From Amoebophrya sp. A120 (Eukaryota > Protista > Dinoflagellata), in the NCBI GenBank assembly GCA_905178155.1, contig CAJINV010000016.1, positions 1,455,386-1,519,385 of the forward strand: a stretch of 64,000 nucleotides of DNA, written 5' to 3'. How positions within the stretch are numbered: position 1 is the first letter of the stretch; each line of letters opens with the position of its first letter. Below the pieces are notes generated by a model that was not told the DNA's origin, did no database searches, and worked only from the letters and a program-made list of their open reading frames with translations. Shown piece by piece: positions 47,704-60,406 of this stretch. The position numbers and the translations under genes were made by a program.

Positions 47704-50448
47704 TCACGACAAAACATTTGCCCAATCTTCCAAATCATAGCGCACCCGTGACTATCCTGTGCAAAAGTATCGCACTCGTAGTAATCGCAGTCATGCATCA
47801 CAAATCTGGCTCCCAAGGCACATCAGCATGACAAATTCAGCATGACAAATTCCATTTGTCACGCTGAGCGAATTTGTAAGTATTGCAATTAGAATTACTA
47901 CTGCTACGATACTTTTGCAATTCATAGTGCCTGAATCGACCCTGTTTCCGGATCGAATTCGTGCACCAATCTGCCCTGATGCACCGGGTCGATCAGTTGC
48001 AGGCGATTCAAGTCCTCGTTTTCTATCGGCGGCGCGGACGGGCGGATGCTGTTCTCATCGTCGTGACCATCGTCTGGTATTAGAGCAGAGCCGGATGGCA
48101 GAATGGCTGGATGGCGTGGGTGGTGTTGGTGTGAAGATGTCGAGCTGAAAGTAGAACTTGCAAGGTTTTGATGATTCGAAACCAACGCCGTTGTGGTATA
48201 ATCATTTCCACCAATTCTTCCCATCCCAATCGCCTCCGCGAGGTTGTTCGGGAAGTTTTCCTCATCCTCGTGAAACCTGCTTAAGTCTTCCACGATGTAC
48301 TTCTGGCTGAGCACCTGGATCTGGCCGATCCGCAAGTAATCCAGATAGACCTGGTACACCGCGGTAAGAAGTAGAAACAACCCGGTGACAAACCCCATGA
48401 AAGTGAACGAAACCGCTAATCCGATTGCGAGGATGAGGAGGAGAAATTTGTTTTCTTGGAAATACTGCTGAAACAGCACCCGCGTGTTGTGCGCGCAGTT
48501 GTGAACGATGCCCCGGTGGGAGGCTGCCGCACGTCCTCCTCTGGTGCCGCAGCAGCAGCAGGAAAACAAGTTGCAGCAGCAGACCCACATCCTCGGTACG
48601 AAACAGCAAAACAGACTCCGGATTGCGAATAGCAAGCGGAATCTCGGCCCAAACCAGAAAAAGGGCCGGGGCGGGCCCCAGAAGAACCTGCCTCGTCGCC
48701 AGCGGTAGTTGTTCCAGCGGTATCGGTTTTGGAACCGTTGGTACTGCGGACGCAAGACGAACGCGCGCGAACCAAGCCAGGTCGTGTCTTGTTGGGGAAG
48801 CGGGTGCTGGTCATTGTTCTGCTGTTCATCCGCGGCCCGTCGAGTTTCCTGCGCTCGGCTCGATTCTGGTGTTGGCCCCACGACTACATTTTGGCCGCCG
48901 CTGGGAACCTGCCCGTGCGGCAATCTTTGCGCGATACAAGTAGGAGTTGCAGGTGACAGTTGATTGGACGCCGCAAGTATCCCATTCCCACCACCAATTA
49001 CAGGCCGCATAACGCTCGCCGAATCTTGTTGTGGTTGTCCATCTCCGCGCACCGACGGTACTCCGAAAATCAGCCGCTTCAACAACCGATACCAGCCGTA
49101 GACGCTGTAAACCAGTAGAACGACGCACAAAATCTCCACCAAACCATAGACGTAGTACACTCCCTTCCGCCCGTATCGCAAGAAAAAAGTGTTACAGTTA
49201 CACATTGTGTTGCAGGAGCCGCAAGACAGACAACCTTTGTCATGCAGGAAATGCTTGCGAGCTTCGTTTCCTTCCTGTTTTCCCTTGTGATCTTCGCAAG
49301 TTTTCCCTGCCACACAGAGGAAATTTGTGATGCAGAAACTCGAACAAATGTGTAACTGTAACACTTTTTTCTCGTGATAGCCCGAAGAAAAACTCTTCCT
49401 CGAAATTGTTCCTCCGAATCCAAGCGGGAAACGCTTTCCGGAGCTCATCGTGGAGAAAATAGATGTCAATACCCGCGGTAACGACGGCAGATAATATCAC
49501 CACCAGTTGAAACAGCCAGAAGTAGAAGCAGGATTTTTTCAGAATCTTCTTTCGAAACTCCGCCTGCTCCCGTTCTCCGTTGCTCGTCACGTTTGTAACT
49601 AACCTCAGCTGGTACTCGAAACTGCACTCGCAACAATGCGTGAACGCAGCGGCGTTGTAGCTCGTTCCGTTTACGCGCCAGGCATCCAGGCATCTGCGGT
49701 GCACGAAGCGGCTGTTGAAGTTGTGGCAGAGACAGGGGGAGATCAGCGCGTTTTCATCATTGAAACTATCTGTAGAAGTCGTGTTGTTGGTGTTAACGAG
49801 CTGCGTATCTTCCGTTTCTCCCTCTTCCAGCAAGCAGATCCGACACCGTTTTCTCGACTGGCGCGGCTGCTGTTGCTGCAATAACTCATCGCTGTAAACG
49901 CGAACTTGCAGGGGGTCGTCGTTTAAAGCGGCTTGTTGTGCATCTTCTTGTAGTTGTCCCACGACGAAACTGCTTGTTTGTTCGTGTGCCTGCGGGAACC
50001 CATCGTGAAAGGAGGTTGGTACAGCAGCGGGCTGACTTCTGCCGCGAGGTGACGACAAGGTGCCTCCGACTTGTTGGTCATTTTCCAGTAACGGCTGATG
50101 CTGTGGGTTTTGACTTAATATCTGTTGCTGCAAAACGCGCTGGAGTGGAAGCTGGGAGCTACGAGCTGGGTAGGAAAGGCTGTTGTTGATCCCACTAGCA
50201 TAGCCGTAATTCGGACTAGAAGTAGCGCTCGAGGACGTCCCAGCATTCGTCGGCAAAACAATTGCGCCGGAAGCAAAAATGTTTCGATTTTCCACTTCCG
50301 TCAACACTCGGTGGGGCTGCGCTTGCAGAAACTGGGGACGGCTATATTGCAAAGGTTGGATTTGGAAGTTGAGGCCGGGGGTGGACCGGGGAGGCTGGGG
50401 ATAATTCCCGTTGCCCGTTGGCGGTGAAGGTTGGTGGCTGTTGTTCAT
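47704..50448 (-). CDS. Membrane-associated RING-CH (RINGv/MARCH-like) E3 ubiquitin ligase (~784 aa)
   Basis: CRIC...LISPCLC....FVHRRCLDAW...HCCECSFEY (C4HC3) followed by TM helices; removing two introners leaves 2355 nt in frame. Confidence 0.85.
47753..47926. mobile_element. Introner family C
   Basis: DR GTGAC/GTGCC; excision gives IQARVRYDLEDWANVLS*. Confidence 0.88.
49174..49379. mobile_element. Introner family F
   Basis: ~30-bp TIR TATCGCAAGAAAAAAGTGTTACAGTTACACA; DR GCCCG/GCCCG; excision gives FFFGRKGVYY. Confidence 0.9.
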
Positions 50449-50971
50449 CTTCGTAAATGATGTGTTGGTCTTCCTAAATCGCCTCGAGCTTCCTATTAAT
50501 ACTGGCAAATGATGTCAATACCAGATGAAACGGACATTGTGGGATGGCAGGGGTAAACGTAAATTTTCCTTAGGGATGCTGTGCTGCAATTCTTGACAAT
50601 CAAAAAAAATCCAGCGGACTAGAAAACATGAAGGAACAATCGGACACCTCGAGAACGAAAAAGCAGGCCTTTTTGCAGAAGTTTTTCTCTCTCAGCACAG
50701 CCACAGCATTGTTGTTCCCTCGTCGTCACTCTCTCGTGTCAACACTCCTTTGAACAATAAAATGTAAACTATTCATTTTCATTTCGTATTAATTTACTAC
50801 GCCCTAGGCCTAGCCTTGACTGTACGTCACTCTGACATTGCCAGTTCTTCGACGTGATTCTTTGTATGCAAGGGCTTAATACTAGAGCACAAATCGCAGT
50901 AAAAAAACGTTCCATGTCGAGGTAACAGGGCGCCACAGAGTTGTCACATGGTTTCGTCTCTCACAACTATC

Positions 50972-52084
50972 CTATGCCAAGACATCTTTTTGTTTGTTGA
51001 AGTAGGGCCGCAAGACCCACTCCACCTTGCAGTCTTTCATATCCAACGTGCCCAATTCTACTCTGTACAACTGCAGGCTGAATCTTGGACCCACTTCCCG
51101 CAATTCCACATCTTCCGCCTTCTTGTTCACTTCCGCATCGTTATTCGTGGTCAGTCTTCGCTTCTTCATACCAGATTCTTTCCCATCCCCGTAGTTGTAA
51201 TGCCGAAAATGGATGGTATCCTTGTTGTTCGCAAACGTCATCACCCGGTTTCCCAACGGCGCGGCTGGGGGGAAGAGTGCTTTAAGTATCGTTGAAACCC
51301 GTTTTCCGAACTGAGATTCAAAGTTGTGAAACACCAAATGTGGTGCCGCCTCTGACATGTTGTCTGGCTTTTCCGCCAGGTCGTGCCTGAGGATCACGTT
51401 TTTCATTCCGAAATACGCTGTTGGTCCGTAGGGAAGATGGGAAACAATCAACCCGTCTGGCTCACCACGATGCTCGTGAACGATCACGATATCCGTCACG
51501 TCGTTTTTCCTAGCCATATCGACCAGGTCTTTCATCACGTAGCTACCTGTAGTTTTAGTGATGGGTTGGGGAAGGTTGACCAACATTAACATTTTCTATG
51601 CATCAAGCACATCCACATCATAGAAGCCTCGAGTCGCTTTCTTGTGATAGAGCACGACTAGGACTACGTACTGCCACGCACTAGGTCGGAGATGAAGAGA
51701 ACAAATCTACTAGTTGTCAAAAACAATCTTACCTCGGTTTATCCTCTGCGCGTTGGGCAACAATAATCGGAATTCCTTCACGAAGCTCATCAACCTCGAT
51801 GACGGTTCCCGGGCTGTCGTTATGACGATTTTGGGGTCTTTTACCCCCAGATACGCGTATTCGTCATCCAGGACTTGGTGTTGTTCCTTCGTCTTGTCAT
51901 CGTCCAAATCCAGTTTCTGTCTCAGTTGATCGGCGGATTTGTTTCTCAAATCGGTCGGGAGAGCTTTGTTTTCCTCGAGGGCTTCGCGTAATCTCTGTTT
52001 CTTGTCAAAAGTCGTCCGCTCCTTCTCCTCCAGCGCCTTCTGGTAAAGGTACTCCTTCCGCTGACGGGTGGATTTGCGGAGCAT
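50972..52084 (-). CDS. IMP4: U3 snoRNP protein IMP4 (Brix domain), ~308 aa
   Basis: MLRKSTRQRKEYLY, DPKIVITTAREPSSRL, HEHRGEPDGLIVSHLPYGPTAYF, ELREVGPRF, EWVLRPY; one GT-AG intron at 51547-51732. Confidence 0.95.
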
Positions 52085-53063
52085 TTTGATTTTCTTCGCG
52101 GTTACTGTTGCAAACAAAGTGCAGAAATTTCTTCAGTGGAAAGAGCAGCTAGTGCTGTGATGTGAAAACAGAGTCGCGAAAACAGACGAGTCTTGGATGG
52201 GAGCAGATGATGTTAACCTATCTAGAGTCGTGCGTGTTCGCTGGTTGTGTCGATGCAGCTGAAAAAGTAAAAGAGAACGATTCGTCCGTGCATTTTTGCT
52301 TTGTGTCCAAAGATCATCATCGAGATCAACTAGAACTACATTTTCTTCAATTTCTTCACAGTGCAGACGCAGAGCCCTTCTCATAAGCGTTAGGACCTGG
52401 ATCGCCGATCGCGTTCTTTGATGAAATCATTGTTTGATCTCCTTCTACTCCGCGAATATCACAAGTTCTCTGTGAGCAGCTCCATCGCCGGGATCATTTT
52501 TTTTTTCGCTTTATTCATCTGAGAAGATCTTTATTAGGTGTATTCACTTAGAGTTGGAACGATGTTGATCTGGATCTGTATCTCCTCTTTTATTTGCTCA
52601 AGACCGGGGTACGACAGACCTTCTTTGCGCAAGCGCGCTAGAAGGCCCCGCAGCTCCCCTTCGCCTCGCAATCGCAAAGCACTGAGACGCTGACGCGACC
52701 TCTGTCGTCGATCGACAGTTAGATTCCTGATTTTGGTAGTTTATGTGTAGGACAGCTATTATACAACAGCAGCACTCTTCAGTAAAGTAGTCACTGTGTG
52801 CTGTTTCAATGAGGCAAGCGCAAGCTTATCAGAACTTTTCCTGTACATTTACTCGGTGGCTCGTACTACTACTAGCTACTGATTAAGATTGTGATTCAAA
52901 AAACGTTTTTTTGAGAATGAAAGAATTCGTACCATACATACGCTTCAAGTTGGTTTTTGCGGTGCTCATGAACATGACCTCCACCTCCAACCAACCCAGC
53001 ATAATATATTGTCTCTAGCATATAAATTGAGTACAGATACAGTCTAGTCGTGTAACAAGTCTG

Positions 53064-53162
53064 TGTAACGCAAGCCGGAAGGAAAAGCATACTTACTACC
53101 AAAAGGTTTTGTAACGCAAGCCGGAAGGAAAAGCATACTTACTACCAAAATAAAGGTTTTGT
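53064..53162. repeat. Tandem duplication of a ~46-bp unit in the 3' flank
   Basis: TGTAACGCAAGCCGGAAGGAAAAGCATACTTACTACCAAAA occurs twice, identically. Confidence 0.85.
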
Positions 53163-53304
53163 TGAAAATGAATCCTATTTTTGTTTGCAGTTCTTCGTCT
53201 TTGGAAAAAAAAAACTACTGCGTTCTTCGATTTTTGATTTTGAAAAAATTTGCGCGGCGTCGGCTAAACCTTGATCTTCATTTAGACGACCGCAACTTTT
53301 ATCA

Positions 53305-56300
53305 CTACTTCGCGATCTTGTTGTAACTAGTCTCCGCCCAGGTTCTCCTCTGCATCACCTGCGTCCGCAGCTGCTCTCGTTCCTTGACCATTATCTTCAT
53401 CATTTGCTTTGCCCCGACAACTAACTGCTCCAGGACACCGTTGAGCAACAGCAGCTCCCCGTCGGACATCTGATTGCAAACGCCCTCTGTGACAATCGAC
53501 GCTCCAGCGGGGTAAAGGCGGAGTAAGTCGCCGAGATTTTCCAAAGGAACAGCGGCGTATTCTTCGAGGAGCCTTTTCGGGATATTAGACGGGATTTTCC
53601 AGGGTTCTTGTTGCGGCACGGAAGGAGCCAAACCTGGAAACGCCGCTGCAGTTGCTCCTGCGCCAGGATGTGCAGCTCCAGGCATGGGAGCTGGGTAAGC
53701 ACCACCGTAGGCAGCAGCTCCTGCTGCACCAGGCATCTGATGTTGGGGCGCAACGCCTGGGTACTGCATAGTGCCCCCATGTGGCTGCTGCTGCGCTGCG
53801 TAGGGATTGTGGTGCTGGCCACCTCCGTAGGGATGTTGACCTGCATGCTGCTTTGCCGCAGGATGGCCTTTTCCTCTGCTCATCCTGTCCTTTTCTTTAC
53901 CAGCAGCTGCGCCCGTGGTCTCCTCATCTTCCTCCGCAGAATTCGTGTTCGATCCAATTACACCGCCGAACATCGCCCCGATCCCGGAAACCAATCTGGA
54001 TCCGAAGTTCGGCAAACCAGAGTCGTCTTCGTTTTCGTTATCTGCTGTACTTTTCAAAAAATCTTCCGTTTGATTCTTCGAGGCCGAAGAAGTTGACTTC
54101 TTCTCTTCCTTACTCGATCCCTTTATCAGCGCTCGATCCGATTCCTTCGCGATCTTTTTCAGCTGCTCCAGTTGCGACGACCCCTGATCAACATTTGCTG
54201 TAGTTTGCAGCACATCCTCCGGTTTTTTCACCTGAAAGGATCTCTTCGGCGGTTTCGATTTCGTACTACTGTCCTTCGAACTCGCCCCAATCGGCGGCGG
54301 TTCTTCGGCAGAAGAGGTTGCTGGCGTGGAGGAAGAGAAGGAGGGAAGAGCAGCTCCTTTACTGCCAGAATTTTCATCTCGTCCGCCAGATCCACCGGCA
54401 AATTTCGGCGTTTGTTTCGGGGCGGGTAGGTTTTTAGCGACGTTTTTGTCACCACTCGATAAACCTGCTGCGGCAGAACTACCGAGAGCAAGCGCTGGAA
54501 CAGCAGCAGCAGAAGTACCACTACCATCTTTCTTCTCCCCGATGGAAGGACTGCGGCTCTTACTCACAGAAGCGCTTCTACTCCTTTCCTTCCGTCTCTC
54601 CAACATGGCTCTTTGCTTCGGGGAGTTATCGGTTGCAAAAGCGGCGCCTAATTCCGTGATCACCGATGGGGAGTTTTTCTGGCAGCTTGTCAACGCGTTT
54701 CCCAACTTCGCCAAGATTTTCGGTAGTAACTTCATCGTCCATTCTGTTGACTCTTCTGTCCAAAGCGCCATGATTTCGTTGTAGTGGTCGGAGGCGACGA
54801 CTTTGTGCCATTTCGGCCGCTCGAAGACCAAATTGATCAATTCCAGCGTGATTTCCTTAATGTCGTCGTCCTTGTTCGTTTGGAAACAGTTTGTCACCGC
54901 TTTCCGGAACTGCACAATGTCCAGCTCATCTCTTGTCTCTTCCGCAATTTCCGGCACCCGGGAAAGTAAGATCTCGTACAGCGATTCCCGCTGCTCCAGA
55001 AACAGCCGGCACAACCACTGCACCGCCTGCGCTTGCGCTTTTTTGTCTGCAGAAGGGGTGGAGGCTTTGGGGATGGTGCGCCCGGAGGAGATGGTGGAGG
55101 AGTTGTGCGGATCGGTAGAAGTGTTTTCCATGCTGTGAACGCCTTCGAAGTTGACATTGAGATTTGACTCCATGATCATCTCCGGCGAGTCGTAGCTGCA
55201 GCCTCGTACAGAATCTCCTATTTGGTCGTCGTTGAATGTGTTGAGTGTCGACATGCTGGAGTTCGAACTTCTAGTCGAGGACGTAGGTGATAGCGAGAGA
55301 CCCAACGAAGAGTGCCTGCGTCGTGGAGATCGCGAAAGAGATGGGCCAGAAGATGATGATGATGATGATGTCGAGAGCCGTGGTGTCGTTCCCGCGGGAG
55401 CTGCTGACAATTCAGGAGACGAAAAAGGACTCGATGAGGATGAGGATCCGCCGCCACCCGAACGAGAGTGCAAACTGCTTCTGCGGCCTCCTTCCACTAC
55501 TTCCTGAAGCCATCGTCCAACAGGAAGGTTATTGTGATCACAAAGCACTGGCAGCTCCGCTTTATGCTGCCCCTCCACACGGAAGCTCCCTCTCGAGGGC
55601 TGTGGTGCGTCGACCAAATCTTCCAATTCTTGCACCTCTTCTCGTCCACTGCCCATCTCTACCAAATCTAAACCCAGAGAAGGGACCAGTTCTGTCGGCG
55701 TGAATTTCTTCCTGGAAAAATTATTGTGCCTTATCGGCTCATCGGAATAAAGTCCGTCTTGACTGGCTGGCGACACGGACAGTTTCGAAGTGGTCCCAGA
55801 ACTCCTGGACTGGCCCAAAGAATCGATCTCATTTCCCGAAGATGACAAAGGACTACTGTTTCGCGCCGAATTCTTTCCGTTTTGTCCTCTCGCCGACGCT
55901 AGCGCGGATGAATCGCGGAAGGCTTCGCGAATTCGTCGGTGATGGGAAGAGGAAGTACGGTTCTTCGTATTACCAGAACCAGCCTGTCCCTCCGCCTCTT
56001 GGTCCTTACCCCGAGAGGCGGCGTGATGAAAGTGTCTCTCCTTACTCGAAACGGACTGTGATCTGTCTGAGCCCGACACCACTTCCCTTCTTCTCCTCTC
56101 CTTGTTCCGCGGTTGCAGTTTGAAAGCGACGGAAGTAGAACTAGCACCCGCGTTCGACGAGCAACTCCCCGTTTTCGCCTTCACCCTAGCGGATTCCAAT
56201 TTTTCCTTCAAATTCCGATCGTTCGAGCCACGTAGATCGTCTAAATTCAACGATCCAGTGGAACTCCGTAAGTTCAACAAATCTCCCGTTTCCGCCAACG

Positions 56301-59300
56301 GGCTGGCCTGCGCGTTCTGGTGACTGCCCTCCTTGTTTTTCGCCATGACCTGAATCAAATCCTTCCACTGCTGCCGGAGGTCACGGACCGTGGATTGAAC
56401 CCGCTCGTCTTTGTGCGATTTGTATTTCTGGGTGAAAACCCCGATTTTCGTTTTCCTCAGAATGTCCACCGTCATGTTGACATCGCGGAGGGCGTTGAGG
56501 AGGGGGAGAACTTCTTCGGGCGATTGACCTGAGTCCTCAATGTCGCGGATTACCTGATGTGAGTTGTGACTTTCACATTACAGATCACGAGAAGAATTGC
56601 ACTTCTGCATGACAAAGAGTTTTCTCTCGCGTTTGTCATGGGCAGCAAGATTCCATGTCGTAGCCAGTTGTATGTACCTGCAAAACTTTATTCAGCTCCG
56701 GATCCCTTCCGGCCGGCGGTGGCCCCACACTGGATGTTCTCGACGGCGGTCGTGGCAAGTTTGACCTCACCGGCGGCAGAGACGACTCCCGAGCCGAAAC
56801 CCGCTGCGGCGGTGGTCTCGGAACCTTTGGAATTGCCAGCGGTATCCCGGATCTGCCTCGTTGTTGGCCGTCGTTGCTTTCCTGGGGCGGCGGTGGAGGC
56901 GGGGGCGGAATGATTTGGTTGTTGACAACTTCTGGCGGCGTCGCAGTTCCGGAAGATTTGATTCCTGAAGCCGCTTTGTTCCGGAAAGACGCCATATTCA
57001 CTACGTTGTTGTTATTGTCTTTCTCCCCAAGCACTTTCGTATTGCCGTTGTTATTGCTGTTCTCCTCTTCTCCCCCACCAAACATGCCCATCACGGCGCT
57101 CCCGACGCCAGAAACTAAGTTTTCCACCACATTCGCAGCCGAACCAGATCCGCCGACCAACGCCCGATCCCGGTCGGATCTCTTGCTGCCAGTTTTCTTC
57201 TTGAAAGCGCCCTGGACGTCACCTCTAGCTGTGTCGTTGTTGTCGTCCTCAGACGCGGTGTCTGAACCGGAGTCCGCGTTATTTTCCGACGGTGAACTGG
57301 AACTGATGTCCTGTCTCGCCGGTCGTCTCTTATTTCTGTCGCCTTTCGAACTCTTCCTCCCTGTCTTCCCGTTTTGATTCCCAGTTTTCGTACTTCCATT
57401 CGGCCCAATATCCGGGCTGGCTTTCGATGTGCTTCTGTATTGTTTCCGTTTCAGCTGCGATTGTTTCGACTGTTCGTACGGAGTGGTGTCGTGATTCCGC
57501 GCTTCGGCCGCCGCGTAAGCAGCGAGAGCCGCGCCGTGGTCGTACTGCGCATGAGGGTTGGTTTGCTGGGTCGCGTACTGATTGTACATCGCTTCGGCGC
57601 CGGCGGTTGCCGGATGGTTGTACCCTGCAGCCCCGGCTGCCGCCATCAACCCACCCGGACCTGGGAAAGCGGGCTGGTGCGCACCAAACTGCGGACTCCC
57701 AACCGGGCCGCTGGCTCCGGGCGCGACCATTGGCATGCCCGTGTGACCCGGGCCAGCGCCACCGTAGAGCTGATTCGCCGCGGCCATTTGCATGGCCAGG
57801 GGGTTGAGGCCCATCGGGTTGGCGGCCGCCATCATCGGGTTAAGCGCCATCATCAGCTGTTGTAGTGGGGTTTTTGCAATACAGATTTTTGTTTTTTGTT
57901 TTTCTTTTTCATCTCGCAATCGCTCAGCTATAGTGGGTTTTTTGCAATACAGATCGCATCCATTCATCGCAACAAATAAATGTAAATCACCTGTTGCTGC
58001 TGCTGCAACAATAACTGCTGCTGCTGTTGAAACGCCTGCTCGTACTCCGTCAACCCGCCACCCACGCTCGGTAAGTTCAGTTGCGGTTTGTACAGAGGGT
58101 TCATCTCCGCCTGCGCAGTCACCATCTGATACACGGCGCTATCCTCGTCCAATGGTACTAGTCTGTCCCCTGTGTGCGGGAAAGAGGGTAAAGGCTCCAG
58201 CGGGATTTTCGTCGCCTTTGCGTAACCAGAATCGTCGATCAAGAAGGTGTTCACGAACCCGGCTACCACTCCATCCCGGACGAACGGGTCCATTTCCTGC
58301 ACCCATCTAACATGCCGTCTCCTCAACCGCTTCAATAGTTCGAAGAAAAACGCGTCCAAAGGATGTCGTCGGGAGAACCTCGTTTGATGTTCCGAGGTAT
58401 TATTTCCCGCCCCTCTTGTCTCCACATAAACAGCGTCTTGCTGCACGTCGTCGAACCGGAAGGTCCACTGGCCGGGGATGGGGCAGAGCGCTGCGATCTT
58501 CAAAAACGGCATGCCCCAGACCATGGAATATGGCGTTCTCAAACGTTTGATGCAAGAGCCGCAACAATCAAAGGCGCAAGCTTGCTGCTTTCGCATCACA
58601 GATTTGGCACGGATTTACTTAGAAGATGCTGCGTAGCCTTTCGGAGATTTGTCATACGAAGCGGCTTGATCATCCACCGCCCGGCTCAAAGTAGTTTTGC
58701 ATGACAAATTCATGTAACAGTTCAGAATGTAACGCTTGAGAACGCCATATGGAATCCGGGTAGTCTTTGACTTGGAAGTACTTGGCGAAAAGAACTAAGA
58801 CTGCTGCGTGGAGGAGAGGGAATTGGTCCCGGATGACGCAGTCGAGCATCTGGGTTTGCGGGTCGAAATGCGGCTTTTCGCCTGCGCGGACAAGGGGGCG
58901 CTTGTCGGAGAGCTCCTTTGTGTACCTGATGATAGAGAAACAGAAAGTGGTTTGTTGTATGTACAACATAAGTACGCAAAATTTGCTCATCATGCGTGGT
59001 TGTACTTCGTAGCTCAACATTTTGAACTGCAGCAGGAGAAGAAGATCTAGATCTTCCCCAGTAGTTTATTGTACCATGCAAACCGTTTCCGTTGCTTATC
59101 CCTCTCCTCATTCACTTTCTTCGCGAACCAGATCCTGCTGCCCGGTATGACTTTCTGCACTTTCTCCGCCAGAATCGCAATGTGTTCCTCCTCCCTCGGG
59201 TGTTGCCATCTGGACCCCAGTTCCTGGTTCGAGTAATACGTGAATCCCGAGCCAAAATCACACTCCTCACTGGTCTTGTGTGCTGTCCACCCACTTGGTA

Positions 59301-60406
59301 ACGGCGCGTAGTAGAGATCTCGGATCACGTGCACCAATTGCGGTTGCTGCTCCAAATCCACGCCGAGATAGATCGCGTACTGCACCAATTCCTCCACCCT
59401 TTCATCCGTGAAAAACGACGCAAATCTCGGGTCGGAGATCTCCTGCTGCGAAACTTGGGAGCCGGTTGGGGAGCCCTGCAAACCGGCAGAACTTTCCTTC
59501 TGCATCCCCATCGCGGCTTGCGCTCTGTGTAGTTGCTGGACCGCTTCCCGGTCGGAAACCCGTTCCCGTTGTTTTTTCTCGTGAATGGCTTGTTGCACGA
59601 GTCTTTGCTGCTCCCTTCGGGCTCGTTCGAACTCCTCTCTTAGTTCGTCCGAAATTTCGTATTTCATCTGCGCCGGCATCTTGTTCTTATTCCGGAGGAA
59701 AGAGGGGAGAAAGGAGGATACTTTCAACGGTTTGCTGTTCGACGTGGTAGATCCAGAACCACCAGCAGCTTTACTCGTAGATTGGCCCGCAGCGCCGCCT
59801 GCTTGCCCGCCGGCGGAAACTCGTTCCGAAACGGTTTCCTCTTTGATGCTGGATAAACCGCCTCTCGGTGGGGCGGTAAAGGAGAGGGAGGATTTAGCCG
59901 AGGCGGCTGCACCAGTTCCGGTTGTCGAAGAGTCATTTTGGGCGGTGGTCGTCGCCCCGGAAGTCGAGGATGAGGAGCTCGTCGCGTCAGTTGTCCCATT
60001 GCTCGCCGCCGTTTTGCTCTTGGCGGTTGAAGCCGCCGAGCCAGGAAACTTCGGGACGGACGGTGTCGACTTTTTCGCATCTGCGTCTGAGGGTGCGGGG
60101 TCTGTGATGAGTTTTTTCCATCGCTGCAAGCTCTCGCTTTTAGTGGACATAGAATCTTGCGACTGCTAGTCATCATGAATCTGAATCAATAGTAAAGTCG
60201 CAAATGCATCATAACATGCAAAATGTACCAGGCGGTGGCGGTGGCCGAAACGCATTGCTGGCTCGCTTCGGCACCGGTGCGGCAGCACCGAAGCCCGGGG
60301 TGTCGCTATCGCTGTCACTGTCGTCGATTTTTGGAACGGTTTTGTCCATCTTTGAAGGTTTTTTGCCGCCTGCTTGTGATGAAGAGGATGAACTTAGAGA
60401 TGGCAT
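53305..60406 (-). CDS. Large low-complexity protein with CEP164-like WW domain and TFIIS-N (LW) domain (~2130 aa)
   Basis: YAIYLGVD...APLPSGWTAH...YYSN...SRWQHP; LLNALRDVNMTVDILRKTKIG...LRQQWKDLI. Joined by GT-AG introns 56554-56677, 57857-57990, 58926-59074 and (less certain) 60156-60228, plus introner 58529-58749. Confidence 0.75.
58529..58749. mobile_element. Introner family G
   Basis: TATGGCGTTCTCAAACGTT / AACGCTTGAGAACGCCATA; DR TGGAA/TGGAA; excision gives YPDSMVWGMP. Confidence 0.9.

Noticed and set aside
52588-52602. TTTGCTCAAG resembling the dinoflagellate spliced-leader 3' end
   Set aside because: Too short, mismatched and on the non-coding strand.
4795-58749. Dispersed palindromic repeats as CRISPR, REP elements or terminators
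   Set aside because: Eukaryotic genes, no repeat-spacer periodicity and no cas genes; the repeats interrupt exons and behave as introns.
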